Assembly (NCBI GenBank): GCA_903850505.1
Contig: CAINLT010000546.1
Coordinates: forward strand, 3,849-67,848
DNA from: an uncultured Myxococcales bacterium
GTDB lineage: Bacteria; Myxococcota_A; UBA9042
Reading direction: 5' to 3'
DNA: 64,000 bases
Shown piece after piece: positions 17,622 to 25,384 of this stretch. A model generated the notes under the pieces. That model saw only the letters and a program-made list of their open reading frames with translations, had not been told where the DNA came from and did not search any database. Every line of letters begins with the position of its first letter. Position 1 is the first letter of the stretch. A program made the position numbers and the translations under genes.

Positions 17622-17984
17622 TCAAGCCGGCGCGCCGAGCGCCCGAACGCGCTCGAAGACCGCCTTGAAGGCGTCCATGTCGTTCAGTGCCAGTTCAGCG
17701 AGCGCCTTGCGATCGATGCCGACGCCAGACTTGGTCAGCCAGCCAGCGAACACCGAGTAGCGCGTACCGAGCAGACGAACCGCCGCGTTGATGCGAACGA
17801 TCCACAGCGCGCGATACTCACGCTTCTTGCGCTTGCGCTCCTTGAAAGCCAGCTTCAAGCCGCGATAGACCTGTTCGCGAGCCGTACGGAACAAACGCGA
17901 ACGCGCGCCCCGCATGCCCTTGGCCATTTTCAAGACTTTGTTGTGACGACGGCGGCCTTTAAAGCCTCTTTTGACGCGTGGCAT
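17622..17984 (-). CDS. rplT: 50S ribosomal protein L20
   Basis: 120 aa: MPRVKRGFKGRRRHNKVLKMAKGMRGARSRLFRTAREQV... Confidence 0.95.
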   Translation of the reverse strand: MPRVKRGFKGRRRHNKVLKMAKGMRGARSRLFRTAREQVYRGLKLAFKERKRKKREYRALWIVRINAAVRLLGTRYSVFAGWLTKSGVGIDRKALAELALNDMDAFKAVFERVRALGAPA

Positions 17985-18004
17985 CTCACATTCTCCTGAC
18001 TAAT

Positions 18005-18019
18005 GAGCCGAACCGGCTC
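18005..18019 (-). promoter_or_regulatory. 6-bp stem / 3-nt loop hairpin 21 nt upstream of the rplT start, next to its AGGAG ribosome-binding site
   Basis: gagccg-aac-cggctc is a perfect inverted repeat. On the minus strand it is followed by ATTAGTCAGGAGAATGTGAG-ATG. Confidence 0.3.
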
Positions 18020-18023
18020 CTGC

Positions 18024-18091
18024 CTATCTGACTAGATTGTCTATCTGGCTGCACTAGCTGTCTGGTTGCACTCGCTGCCTGGCTTGATTTG
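18024..18091. repeat. short imperfect tandem repeat, about 17-nt unit CTNYCTGGYTGMAYTYG, three full copies plus a partial copy
   Basis: CTATCTGACTAG / CTATCTGGCTGCACTAG / CTGTCTGGTTGCACTCG / CTGCCTGGCTTGATTTG, read directly in the AT-richer rpmI-rplT spacer. Confidence 0.5.
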
Positions 18092-18245
18092 TCTCACCAT
18101 TCATCCGGCCGCCCAACCTGCTAGGTCGGGTCCGAAGTCTGCGCATCGTAGCCCAATCGACAAACCGTGTCAGCCAAATATCCTCGGCTGTTGCGTTATT
18201 TCACAGCGCCCATGCAGGTTTTTTGCACAGTCGCTGTGGTCAGTC

Positions 18246-18259
18246 CTGCCCGCGGGCAG
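18246..18259 (-). terminator. perfect 14-nt palindrome (ctgcccgcgggcag) immediately after the rpmI stop; possible attenuator or processing hairpin
   Basis: The palindrome is read directly and begins 1 nt downstream of the rpmI stop codon (18261-18263). No clear U-tract follows. Confidence 0.3.
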
Positions 18260-18260
18260 A

Positions 18261-18458
18261 CTACGCGTACGGAATCTGGCGGTGGATCGAACGCTGCAGA
18301 CCAGCCGGAACGACGCCCGGCGCGCGCAGCTGACGCTTGCGCTTGGTCGTGCGATTCGACAGCAGGTGCCGCTTGTTGGCCTTGCCGCACTTGATGCGGC
18401 CGTTGCCGACGATGCGAAAGCGCTTGGCTGCGCAGCGGCGGGTCTTGATCTTGGGCAT
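18261..18458 (-). CDS. rpmI: 50S ribosomal protein L35
   Basis: 65 aa from ATG 18458: MPKIKTRRCAAKRFRIVGNGRIKCGKANKRHLLSNRTTKRKRQLR. The 183-aa track ORF is an upstream over-extension into infC. Confidence 0.92.
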   Translation of the reverse strand: MPKIKTRRCAAKRFRIVGNGRIKCGKANKRHLLSNRTTKRKRQLRAPGVVPAGLQRSIHRQIPYA

Positions 18459-18556
18459 TGCCGTCTCCATTCGCGGGCGACGACCGTCTCCGGTCGTGTG
18501 ATTCCAGACGCGCCAGTTGTCCGCAAACCGGCGCGCGTTCAGGTCGTTGACCCGTC

Positions 18557-19435
18557 TTAACCGTTTCCGCCTGACGACGGACCGCGGTCTGTGGGGCTTG
18601 GCACGCGGGTTTGCGAGCCGCGCGTTTGAACCGCCGGTTGGTGGGGCTGATGCACTTGCGGCGCCGGGGCCGCGGGCTGAGCCACAACGGGCGTCGCCGA
18701 CGGAGCCGTCGCTTCCTGCGCAGGCTTGGCCGCACCGCCCGTCCGCTTCGGGTTCAGCATCATGGACATGTTGCGGCCTTCGACTTTCGGCGTGACATCG
18801 AGCGCGGAGCAATCCGCGAGCAAGGTCGCCACTTCCATCAGGCGCTCGCGCTGCGTGTTGGCATACGCCATTTCACGACCGCGGAACATGACCGTCACCT
18901 TGACGCGGTTGCCTTCCGAGAGGAAGCGCCGCGCCTGGTTCATTTTCGTTTCGTAGTCGTGATGGTCGGTCTTGGGCCGGAGCTTGACCTCTTTCACTTC
19001 CACGTGGGTCGCCGAGCGCTTGGCATCGGCGGTCCGCTTCTTCTGCAAGTACTTGAACTTGCCGTAGTCCATGAGGCGGCAGACCGGCGGACGCGCAGCC
19101 GCAGCCACTTCCACCAGGTCCACGTTCAACTCGGTCGCCATCCGCATCGCTTCATCGATGCCGACAACGCCCAGCTGTTCGCCTTCCACACCGACGAGGC
19201 GCACTTCTGGCACGCGAATGCGGTGATTGACGCGCGGCTCACGATCCCTGGAGTCGCGATCGCCGCCGCGACCACCGGGGCCACCTGGGCCGCTGGGACC
19301 ACTCGGGCCACCAGCACCAACAGGACCGCGCGACGGATCGCCGGCAGGAGCTCCCGGAGGAGCGCCGCGCGAGGGATCTGGTGCCGAGCTGTACGGACCT
19401 GCCATGTGTGCCTTTGGAAGCTGCTGCCAACTCAT
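18557..19435 (-). CDS. infC: translation initiation factor IF-3 with Gly/Pro-rich N-terminal and Pro/Ala/Gln-rich C-terminal extensions
   Basis: Core: INHRIRVPEVRLVGVEGEQLGVVGIDEAMRMATELNVDLVEVAAAARPPVCRLMDYGKFKY...VMFRGREMAY. The start is uncertain: ATG 19435 or ATG 19405, and IF3 genes often use unusual starts. Confidence 0.88.
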   Translation of the reverse strand: MSWQQLPKAHMAGPYSSAPDPSRGAPPGAPAGDPSRGPVGAGGPSGPSGPGGPGGRGGDRDSRDREPRVNHRIRVPEVRLVGVEGEQLGVVGIDEAMRMATELNVDLVEVAAAARPPVCRLMDYGKFKYLQKKRTADAKRSATHVEVKEVKLRPKTDHHDYETKMNQARRFLSEGNRVKVTVMFRGREMAYANTQRERLMEVATLLADCSALDVTPKVEGRNMSMMLNPKRTGGAAKPAQEATAPSATPVVAQPAAPAPQVHQPHQPAVQTRGSQTRVPSPTDRGPSSGGNG

Positions 19436-19548
19436 CCGGACCGCCCGGTCAGGCTGTCAGTGACACGAAGGCAGTTCGCTCGAACGAACTGACTGATGAA
19501 CCAAACCGATTGAGTTTCCCGCACTTGCGGTCCAATCAACCATTCCCC

Positions 19549-19624
19549 GGTAGGCACGAGCGGATTTGAACCGCTGACCCCCACGATGTCAACGTGGTGC
19601 TCTAACCAGCTGAGCTACGCGCCT
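19549..19624 (-). tRNA. tRNA-Val (anticodon GAC)
   Basis: Hand-folded cloverleaf. Acceptor AGGCGCG/CGTGCCT (one G-U); D arm GCTC-AGCTGGTTA-GAGC; anticodon arm CCACG-TTGACAT-CGTGG; T arm AGCGG-TTCAAAT-CCGCT; discriminator A. Only CC of the CCA is encoded. Confidence 0.9.
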
Positions 19625-19730
19625 GTCGCCGAACGGGTTAACCCGTCGGTTGGGGAGGCGAAGTGTAGGGCTTCGGCTCCATGCTGTCAACGACTTCTCC
19701 ATGGACAAGTGATCGGAATTGCAACAACCG

Positions 19731-19745
19731 GCGCGACCCTCGCGC
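19731..19745 (-). terminator. candidate intrinsic terminator after the dsbD-like gene
   Basis: gcgcga-ccc-tcgcgc hairpin 2 nt after the TAA stop. On the minus strand it is followed by CGGUUGUUGCAAUU. Confidence 0.35.
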
Positions 19746-19747
19746 GG

Positions 19748-21037
19748 TTACTGCTTCACAACGTGCTCTGGCGGAAACTTTTTGGCGGCCGCTTCCAGGT
19801 GCGCAACGAGCATGTCGGTCGTGATCGCCTCAGGCAGCAAATCCCGGGTACCGTCCGGCAAGTACAGGACGTAAATCGGAATGCCCGTGCGGCCCAGGGC
19901 GTTCGCCTCGTCCCACAGCGCGTCGTCATTGTTGGTCAGGTCGGCCTTCATCGGCAGGATCCCGGACGTCCGCAAGCGGTCGCGCACGGCTTGCGTGTCG
20001 ACGAAGAGTTTGTCGTTCGTCTTGCAGTTGGCGCACCACTCGGCGGTGAAGTCGGCGAAGATCGGTCGACCACGCTTGTTCTCGACGCCGATCTGCCCCA
20101 GATCAAAGGCAGTCCACGGAATGTGCGCAGCCGCAGCCGCTTTGGCCCCTGCCGGCGCACTGCCCGCGCATTGCGCCGACGCGATCTCCCGCTTGGCTTG
20201 CTCCAGCGACAGCGTCTGCGTGCCTGCGGCCACGACGAGCCCAAGCGCGACAGCGCGCACGATCGCCCGCCGCGCGTTCCCATAGATGACGCCGCCAAAA
20301 TGGTGCGTGCCCCACAGCGCGATCGCCAACACGAGCAGGAACGCCAGGAAATCACGGGCAGAATCAGCAGTTACTTGGGCTTGCAGCGTGCCGAACAGCC
20401 ACACGGCCGCCGCCAGCAGCGTAAAGCCCATCAGCGACTTGAACGTTTCCATCCACTGGCCGGGACGCGGCAGCGCCTTGGCAAGGCTCGGAACAAAGCT
20501 GACGAGCAGGAACGGGCTGGCGAGGCCAAAGCCGATCGCCAGGAACATCGCCAGCGTTTGCCACCAGATCGCGCCGGCGCCAAGGGCAAAAGCCGCGGCT
20601 GTACCGAGGAATGGCGCCGAGCACGGGGTCGACATGACAGCGGCGAAGATGCCGTTGAAGTACGACGCCGTGTAGCCCTGGTGGTGGTGGCCATGGACGG
20701 AAATGTTGAACTCGAACACGCCAAGCGCATTGAGACCAAAGGCAAAAATCAGCGCTATCATCGTCGCCACGAACGGCGGGTGCTGGAACTGCATGCCCCA
20801 GCCGACGCGCTCGCCCGAAGCCCGCAGCACAATCACCGCGATCGCCAGGACCAGGAACGCCGTCAGGATGCCCGCGGCATAGGCCACGCCGTGCATTTTC
20901 CGCGAACGCGCGTCGCTGGAGCCGTGCTCCAACACGTGGAACAGCTTCATCGTCAGCACCGGCAACACGCAGGGCATCACGTTCAGAATGAGGCCGCCCA
21001 GAAGGCCGATGCCGATGTACTCAAGAAGACTAGCCAT
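19748..21037 (-). CDS. dsbD: DsbD-like thiol:disulfide interchange protein (CcdA-type membrane domain plus C-terminal thioredoxin; no N-terminal alpha domain)
   Basis: 429 aa. N-terminus: LLGGLILNVMPCVLPVLTMK. Mid-protein: MSTPCSAPFLG. C-terminal thioredoxin: FADFTAEWCANCK. Confidence 0.8.
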   Translation of the reverse strand: MASLLEYIGIGLLGGLILNVMPCVLPVLTMKLFHVLEHGSSDARSRKMHGVAYAAGILTAFLVLAIAVIVLRASGERVGWGMQFQHPPFVATMIALIFAFGLNALGVFEFNISVHGHHHQGYTASYFNGIFAAVMSTPCSAPFLGTAAAFALGAGAIWWQTLAMFLAIGFGLASPFLLVSFVPSLAKALPRPGQWMETFKSLMGFTLLAAAVWLFGTLQAQVTADSARDFLAFLLVLAIALWGTHHFGGVIYGNARRAIVRAVALGLVVAAGTQTLSLEQAKREIASAQCAGSAPAGAKAAAAAHIPWTAFDLGQIGVENKRGRPIFADFTAEWCANCKTNDKLFVDTQAVRDRLRTSGILPMKADLTNNDDALWDEANALGRTGIPIYVLYLPDGTRDLLPEAITTDMLVAHLEAAAKKFPPEHVVKQ

Positions 21038-21245
21038 TTCCCTACTGTCTCGTTGCCTGCCCGTGGCCTGAAGTGGGAGCCGCCGAGCGATGGTTGGGGT
21101 TCACGCCACCCGCGCGCGGCGCAGGGATGACAGTGTACCGACACCGCACGCAGCAGCAACACCTTGGGTCCGCAACGCGCCGTCCGCCCGCCGCATTCCC
21201 GCGCTGCGGCGTCTTGTGTATGCTCGCGGTCCTCGGAGGTGGCAA

Positions 21246-21938
21246 GTGGCAGACGACGGCAAGTTGCAGCGCAAGAAGAAACGAGGGCGGGGACCGCGTT
21301 CGGCGCTGCGCGAGGAGATCCTCAACCTGCCCAACATGCTGACGATCGGCCGCGTGCTCTGCATTCCGCTGGTGATCTGGTGCATGGCGGCGAGCGACGA
21401 TCTGCTCTCTGGCCCCGGTCCGGCGCGGCGCATGGCGTTTTGGGCGACGGCGCTCTTCGCGGCGGCCTCGGTCACGGATTTCCTCGACGGTTGGCTCGCG
21501 CGCAACCTCGACATGCAGTCCTCGTTTGGCCGTTTTCTCGACCCGCTGGCGGATAAACTGCTGGTGATGGCCTGCCTGATTGAGCTCGTCGCGCTCGATC
21601 GGACGCCGGATTGGCTCGTGGTGCTGCTGTTGTCGCGTGAAGTGGCGATTACCGGCTTGCGCGCGCTGGCGGCCGAGGAAGGGTTCGTCCTGCCATCCGA
21701 TCGCTTTGGCAAATGGAAGACCGCGTTGCAGATGTGCGGCCTGATCGGCCTGCTTGTCCACTTCCCCGCCTACACCGACTTCGTCTTCTTCGCCGGCGAC
21801 GTCGACTACCACCGCGTCGGCATGGTGCTGCTTCTCATCAGCATGGTATTTTCCCTCATCAGCGCAGTCAGTTACATGGCATCCTTCATCCGCACGACGT
21901 TCCAGGTCCACGCCGCCAAAGCCCGCTCCGCCAGTTGA
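21246..21938 (+). CDS. pgsA: CDP-diacylglycerol--glycerol-3-phosphate 3-phosphatidyltransferase
   Basis: LNLPNMLTIGRVLCIPL...DFLDGWLARNLDMQSSFGRFLDPLADK is the CDP-alcohol transferase motif. The start is uncertain; I chose GTG 21246. Confidence 0.8.
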   Translation: MADDGKLQRKKKRGRGPRSALREEILNLPNMLTIGRVLCIPLVIWCMAASDDLLSGPGPARRMAFWATALFAAASVTDFLDGWLARNLDMQSSFGRFLDPLADKLLVMACLIELVALDRTPDWLVVLLLSREVAITGLRALAAEEGFVLPSDRFGKWKTALQMCGLIGLLVHFPAYTDFVFFAGDVDYHRVGMVLLLISMVFSLISAVSYMASFIRTTFQVHAAKARSAS

Positions 21939-22045
21939 CAGGCGTGTAGCATTTGCGGTTCTTCACGTGATTTCAGTGGACGGCCGAGCGTCCGGCGCTA
22001 TCTTGTGTTTGGCGGGAGAGTTGACTGCCGCACTAGGACGAATGC

Positions 22046-24007
22046 GTGCTTAACAAGCGTTTTATCCGGATTTTCAAGCACTTGATGGTGGCCGGCAGCG
22101 CTTTGACGCTGGCGACGTGCGCCTCGACGTTGCCGCAAGTCCAGGCCGAATCGCTGCCGGAGGACGCCTCGCAAACCGCGGCGGCGCCGTCGGGCAAGTG
22201 GCTGTCCTTGGGCGAACTGGCGGCGCGCGCGTCGCGCGAGTGGCCAACGGAAGCCAATGAAACAGAAGGCGATCTGCGTGTGGCGGAGTCGAGCCATCGC
22301 GAGGATCGCAAGGCTCTCGATGAGGGTCTGCATCCGCTGATCATGCCGCTGGGTGAACAGCCGTATCCGCGGCTGGCGAGCCATGCCAAGGGCTCGATCT
22401 CCGTGGGCACCGTGACGAGCGGTTTTCTCGTGCAAGCCGCTGAAATTCCGATCGAAGGCGCGCACCACCGCGTGCTGGTCAAGGTCAGCGATCGCCAGAC
22501 CCGGTTCACGACGGACGAGATGCGCGATCTGCTGATGTGCGCTGCGAAATCGGTCGACCATGAGGTGCGCGGCCAGAAGCTCGGCATCGGCAATCTGTCC
22601 CGTCAGGGCGGCGGTCCGCTGCCGTGGTCGGTCTCGCACCACAACGGCCGCGACGGCGATCTGGCGTTCTTCGCCCGCACGCCCACGGGCGCGGTCGCGG
22701 TGCCGGAGCACCTGTATCACTTTGGCCGCGATCTGCAGGCCGCGGATTCACCGTCGCCGATGCATTTCGACACGCAGGCGAACTGGTACCTGGTCAAGGC
22801 GCTGCTGACGTGCCCGAATCGCCCCGATATCCAGCACTTGTTTGTTGCATCGTGGCTGCGCGACGCGATCCTGCGCTACGCCCACGACAAGAAGGAGCCC
22901 AAGGATTTGATCGCGCAGGCTGCGAACATCCTCGCGCAACCGCATGGCGCCTTGCCGCACGACGATCACCTGCACATTCGCATCGGCTGCACGGGCGATG
23001 ACATGACGGAAGGCTGCATCGACGCCTCACGCGCGCCGGTGGATGCGGTCGGCCGTACGCCGGGCGTACAGGCGCGGTTGGGCGCGATTCGCCAGGCGCT
23101 GCGTTCGGCGCGGTCGGAAGTACGGGCGGGCGCGGTGCGCTTGCTGACGCTGTACCGCGACGACTCCTCGATCGCGGGCATCGAAAAGGCGCTCGGCGAT
23201 GTGCATGCGACAGTGCGAAAGGCGGCGGCGGATGCGCTGGCGCAATGGAATCCGCCGGGTGCCGTGGCGGCGCTGAACAGCGGCTTGGACGGCGAAGTGG
23301 ACGCGGCGGTGGCGCTGGCGGAGATGCGCGCCCTCGTGGCGCTGGACGCGATTCCTGAGATGGTCGCGCGGCTGCAGGATTTTCGCGTGCTGGAGTCCGA
23401 TCGCTTTGATACCCCAACTGTGATTGTGCGCAAGACATCCGCGGAATTATTGGCAGATTGCGGCTCATTCGCGGTTGCCCGCGCCGTGCTGCCGCTGCTG
23501 ACAGACGATCGCATGGATGTGCGTGACACGGCGCGCGAGACGCTTGGCCGGATCGCCAACCGGACGACGGCGGATTTGCTGGCTGAGCCGGGCTTGCTGA
23601 CGGGGATGGGCATCGAGTCGATGGCGGACATGGGCGCGGACAACATCGGCCGCGATCTGGAACGTGTCGTGTGGGCGCACTTCCTGGAGATGCTGCCCGA
23701 GGACGCCAGCCGCGACGCAGTGGCGCTGACAGGGCTGGCGCGGCGCGGCATCCGCGTGGGCAGCCTGGATCGCGGCGCGCTGCCGGACCTTGTGCGCGCC
23801 CTGCTCTTGCCTGCGCCGTATCGCGACAACGCGTCGCGCTGGATTGAGCGGATCGCCCAGCAGAAGCCGGTCATTGGCCGCGGCGCGCGCGCCAATCCGG
23901 CGCAGTTCTGGCCGGCGTGGCTCGTGGCCAAGCGCTTGGTGTCGCCAACCGCCGTCGCTGGCGTTGCGCCTGCGGGCGGCTCGGGCATCTCCGCCGACAA
24001 CGACTAG
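22046..24007 (+). CDS. lipoprotein: penicillin-insensitive murein endopeptidase (MepA/M74-like) domain fused to HEAT-like repeats
   Basis: GTG start and lipobox LTLATC. MepA-like metal ligand blocks: WSVSHHNGRDGDL and HDDHLHIRI. The C-terminal half has repeated HEAT-like units (VRAGAVRLL, VRKAAADALAQ, VRDTARETLGRI). Confidence 0.65.
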   Translation: MLNKRFIRIFKHLMVAGSALTLATCASTLPQVQAESLPEDASQTAAAPSGKWLSLGELAARASREWPTEANETEGDLRVAESSHREDRKALDEGLHPLIMPLGEQPYPRLASHAKGSISVGTVTSGFLVQAAEIPIEGAHHRVLVKVSDRQTRFTTDEMRDLLMCAAKSVDHEVRGQKLGIGNLSRQGGGPLPWSVSHHNGRDGDLAFFARTPTGAVAVPEHLYHFGRDLQAADSPSPMHFDTQANWYLVKALLTCPNRPDIQHLFVASWLRDAILRYAHDKKEPKDLIAQAANILAQPHGALPHDDHLHIRIGCTGDDMTEGCIDASRAPVDAVGRTPGVQARLGAIRQALRSARSEVRAGAVRLLTLYRDDSSIAGIEKALGDVHATVRKAAADALAQWNPPGAVAALNSGLDGEVDAAVALAEMRALVALDAIPEMVARLQDFRVLESDRFDTPTVIVRKTSAELLADCGSFAVARAVLPLLTDDRMDVRDTARETLGRIANRTTADLLAEPGLLTGMGIESMADMGADNIGRDLERVVWAHFLEMLPEDASRDAVALTGLARRGIRVGSLDRGALPDLVRALLLPAPYRDNASRWIERIAQQKPVIGRGARANPAQFWPAWLVAKRLVSPTAVAGVAPAGGSGISADND

Positions 24008-24029
24008 TCCTTCGTCACACTGGACCGCC

Positions 24030-25349
24030 ATGCCCATTTCCATCGATCTGGCTGATCTCTATCGCGATCACATCGCCCACCTGACCGCAGCGTACGGCGC
24101 GGCGCTTCACGCGACGGGCTGGGACGCGGTGGTCATTCACTCCGGCAGCGCGCTCAAGCGTTCGCAGTTTGACGACCAGTACTGGCCGCTGCGCCCCGTG
24201 CCGCATTTTCAGCACTGGCTGCCGCTGGCTGAAGCCGATTGCGCGCTCGTGATCGTCGCCGGTCAGCGCCCCGTGCTGCATCGTGTGACGGCGATGAGCT
24301 TCTGGGAAGCGCCAACGCCGCTCGACGCGCCGCATGTGTGGCCGCACTTTGACGTCCGCGGATTGCTCCGCGCGGAAGACGTGGCGGATGCGCTGCCGAC
24401 CGGCAAGGTTGCGTTCATTGGCGAGGATCGCGCACGCGCGGCGTCGTGGCGCCTGCCGCAAGCGGCGATCACGCCGCCGGAGTTGCTGCGGCAACTGGAT
24501 GCGATGCGGGTGCGCAAGTCGCCGTATGAGATCGCGTGCCTCGCCGACGCCAATCGGCGCGCCGCGACGGGCCACATTGCGCTCCGCGACGCGTTTCGCA
24601 CGAGCGACGCCAGTGAGCTTGATCTGCACCTCGCCTATCTCCGGGCGACGGGGCAGGACGACCCGGAGACGCCGTACAAGAACATCGTGGCGCTGGGCCA
24701 GAACGCCGCGACGTTGCACCACATCGCGTATGGCCGCACGGTCACGGGCGCGGGCTCGCTCCTCGTGGACGCGGGCGCGTCGTCGTTTGGCTACGCCTCG
24801 GACATCACCCGCACGTGGGTGCGCGGCGCGGGGGAGGCTTCTGACGTGTTTCGCCAGCTTGTCGACGGCGTGGAGGCGCTGCAGCTGCGGCTCTGCGCGG
24901 ACGTGCGCGTGGGCATGCCGTACGAGGACCTGCACGAGCGCGCGCACCAGCACATAACCGCCCTGCTCTGCGACTTGCGCCTGCTGCGCTGTTCGCCGGA
25001 CGAGGCGCTCGCCCACAAGTTCAGCCGCACGTTCCTGCCGCACGGCCTCGGCCATTCGCTGGGTCTGCAGTGCCACGACGTCGGCTGCGCGCTTGTGCCG
25101 CCCAAGGCGGACAATCCGTGGTTGCGCAACACGTCCGTGATCGCCGCGCAGCAGGTCTTCACGATCGAACCGGGCGTCTATTTCATTGAGGCGCTGCTGG
25201 AACCGCTGCGGCAAGGCGCGCAGGCGGCGCTGCTGGACTGGTCGCTGATCGACGCGCTGACGCCGTTTGGCGGCGTGCGCATCGAAGACGATCTGCAGGT
25301 GCTGGGCAGCGGCGTGCGCAACCTGACGCGGGAAGTGCTTGTCGGCTGA
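24030..25349 (+). CDS. pepQ: Xaa-Pro dipeptidase (prolidase)
   Basis: 439 aa from ATG 24030, colinear with E. coli PepQ as I recall it: LYRDHIAHL..., VALGQNAATLHH, LLVDAGA..GYASDITRTW, PHGLGHSLGLQCHDVG, FTIEPGVYFIE, PFGGVRIEDD. Confidence 0.88.
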   Translation: MPISIDLADLYRDHIAHLTAAYGAALHATGWDAVVIHSGSALKRSQFDDQYWPLRPVPHFQHWLPLAEADCALVIVAGQRPVLHRVTAMSFWEAPTPLDAPHVWPHFDVRGLLRAEDVADALPTGKVAFIGEDRARAASWRLPQAAITPPELLRQLDAMRVRKSPYEIACLADANRRAATGHIALRDAFRTSDASELDLHLAYLRATGQDDPETPYKNIVALGQNAATLHHIAYGRTVTGAGSLLVDAGASSFGYASDITRTWVRGAGEASDVFRQLVDGVEALQLRLCADVRVGMPYEDLHERAHQHITALLCDLRLLRCSPDEALAHKFSRTFLPHGLGHSLGLQCHDVGCALVPPKADNPWLRNTSVIAAQQVFTIEPGVYFIEALLEPLRQGAQAALLDWSLIDALTPFGGVRIEDDLQVLGSGVRNLTREVLVG

Positions 25350-25384
25350 GTGATTTGGCGGTAGTCGTGTAACCGGAGGCGACG

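Noticed and set aside
18024-18091. Possible CRISPR array or mini-array.
   Set aside because: - Units are only about 17 nt and directly abutting with no spacers.
- They are imperfect and number only three to four copies.
- No cas genes are present in the window.
18066-18560. The plus-strand 164-aa ORF and other small ORFs in the rpmI-rplT spacer.
   Set aside because: - They have no RBS and no family resemblance.
- They overlap rpmI in antisense.
- The region is better explained as untranslated leader or spacer.
19436-19747. tRNA-Val as an integration hotspot or genomic island boundary.
   Set aside because: - There is no integrase, no direct repeat of the tRNA 3' end, and no compositional shift on either side.
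- The flanking genes are infC and a dsbD-like gene.
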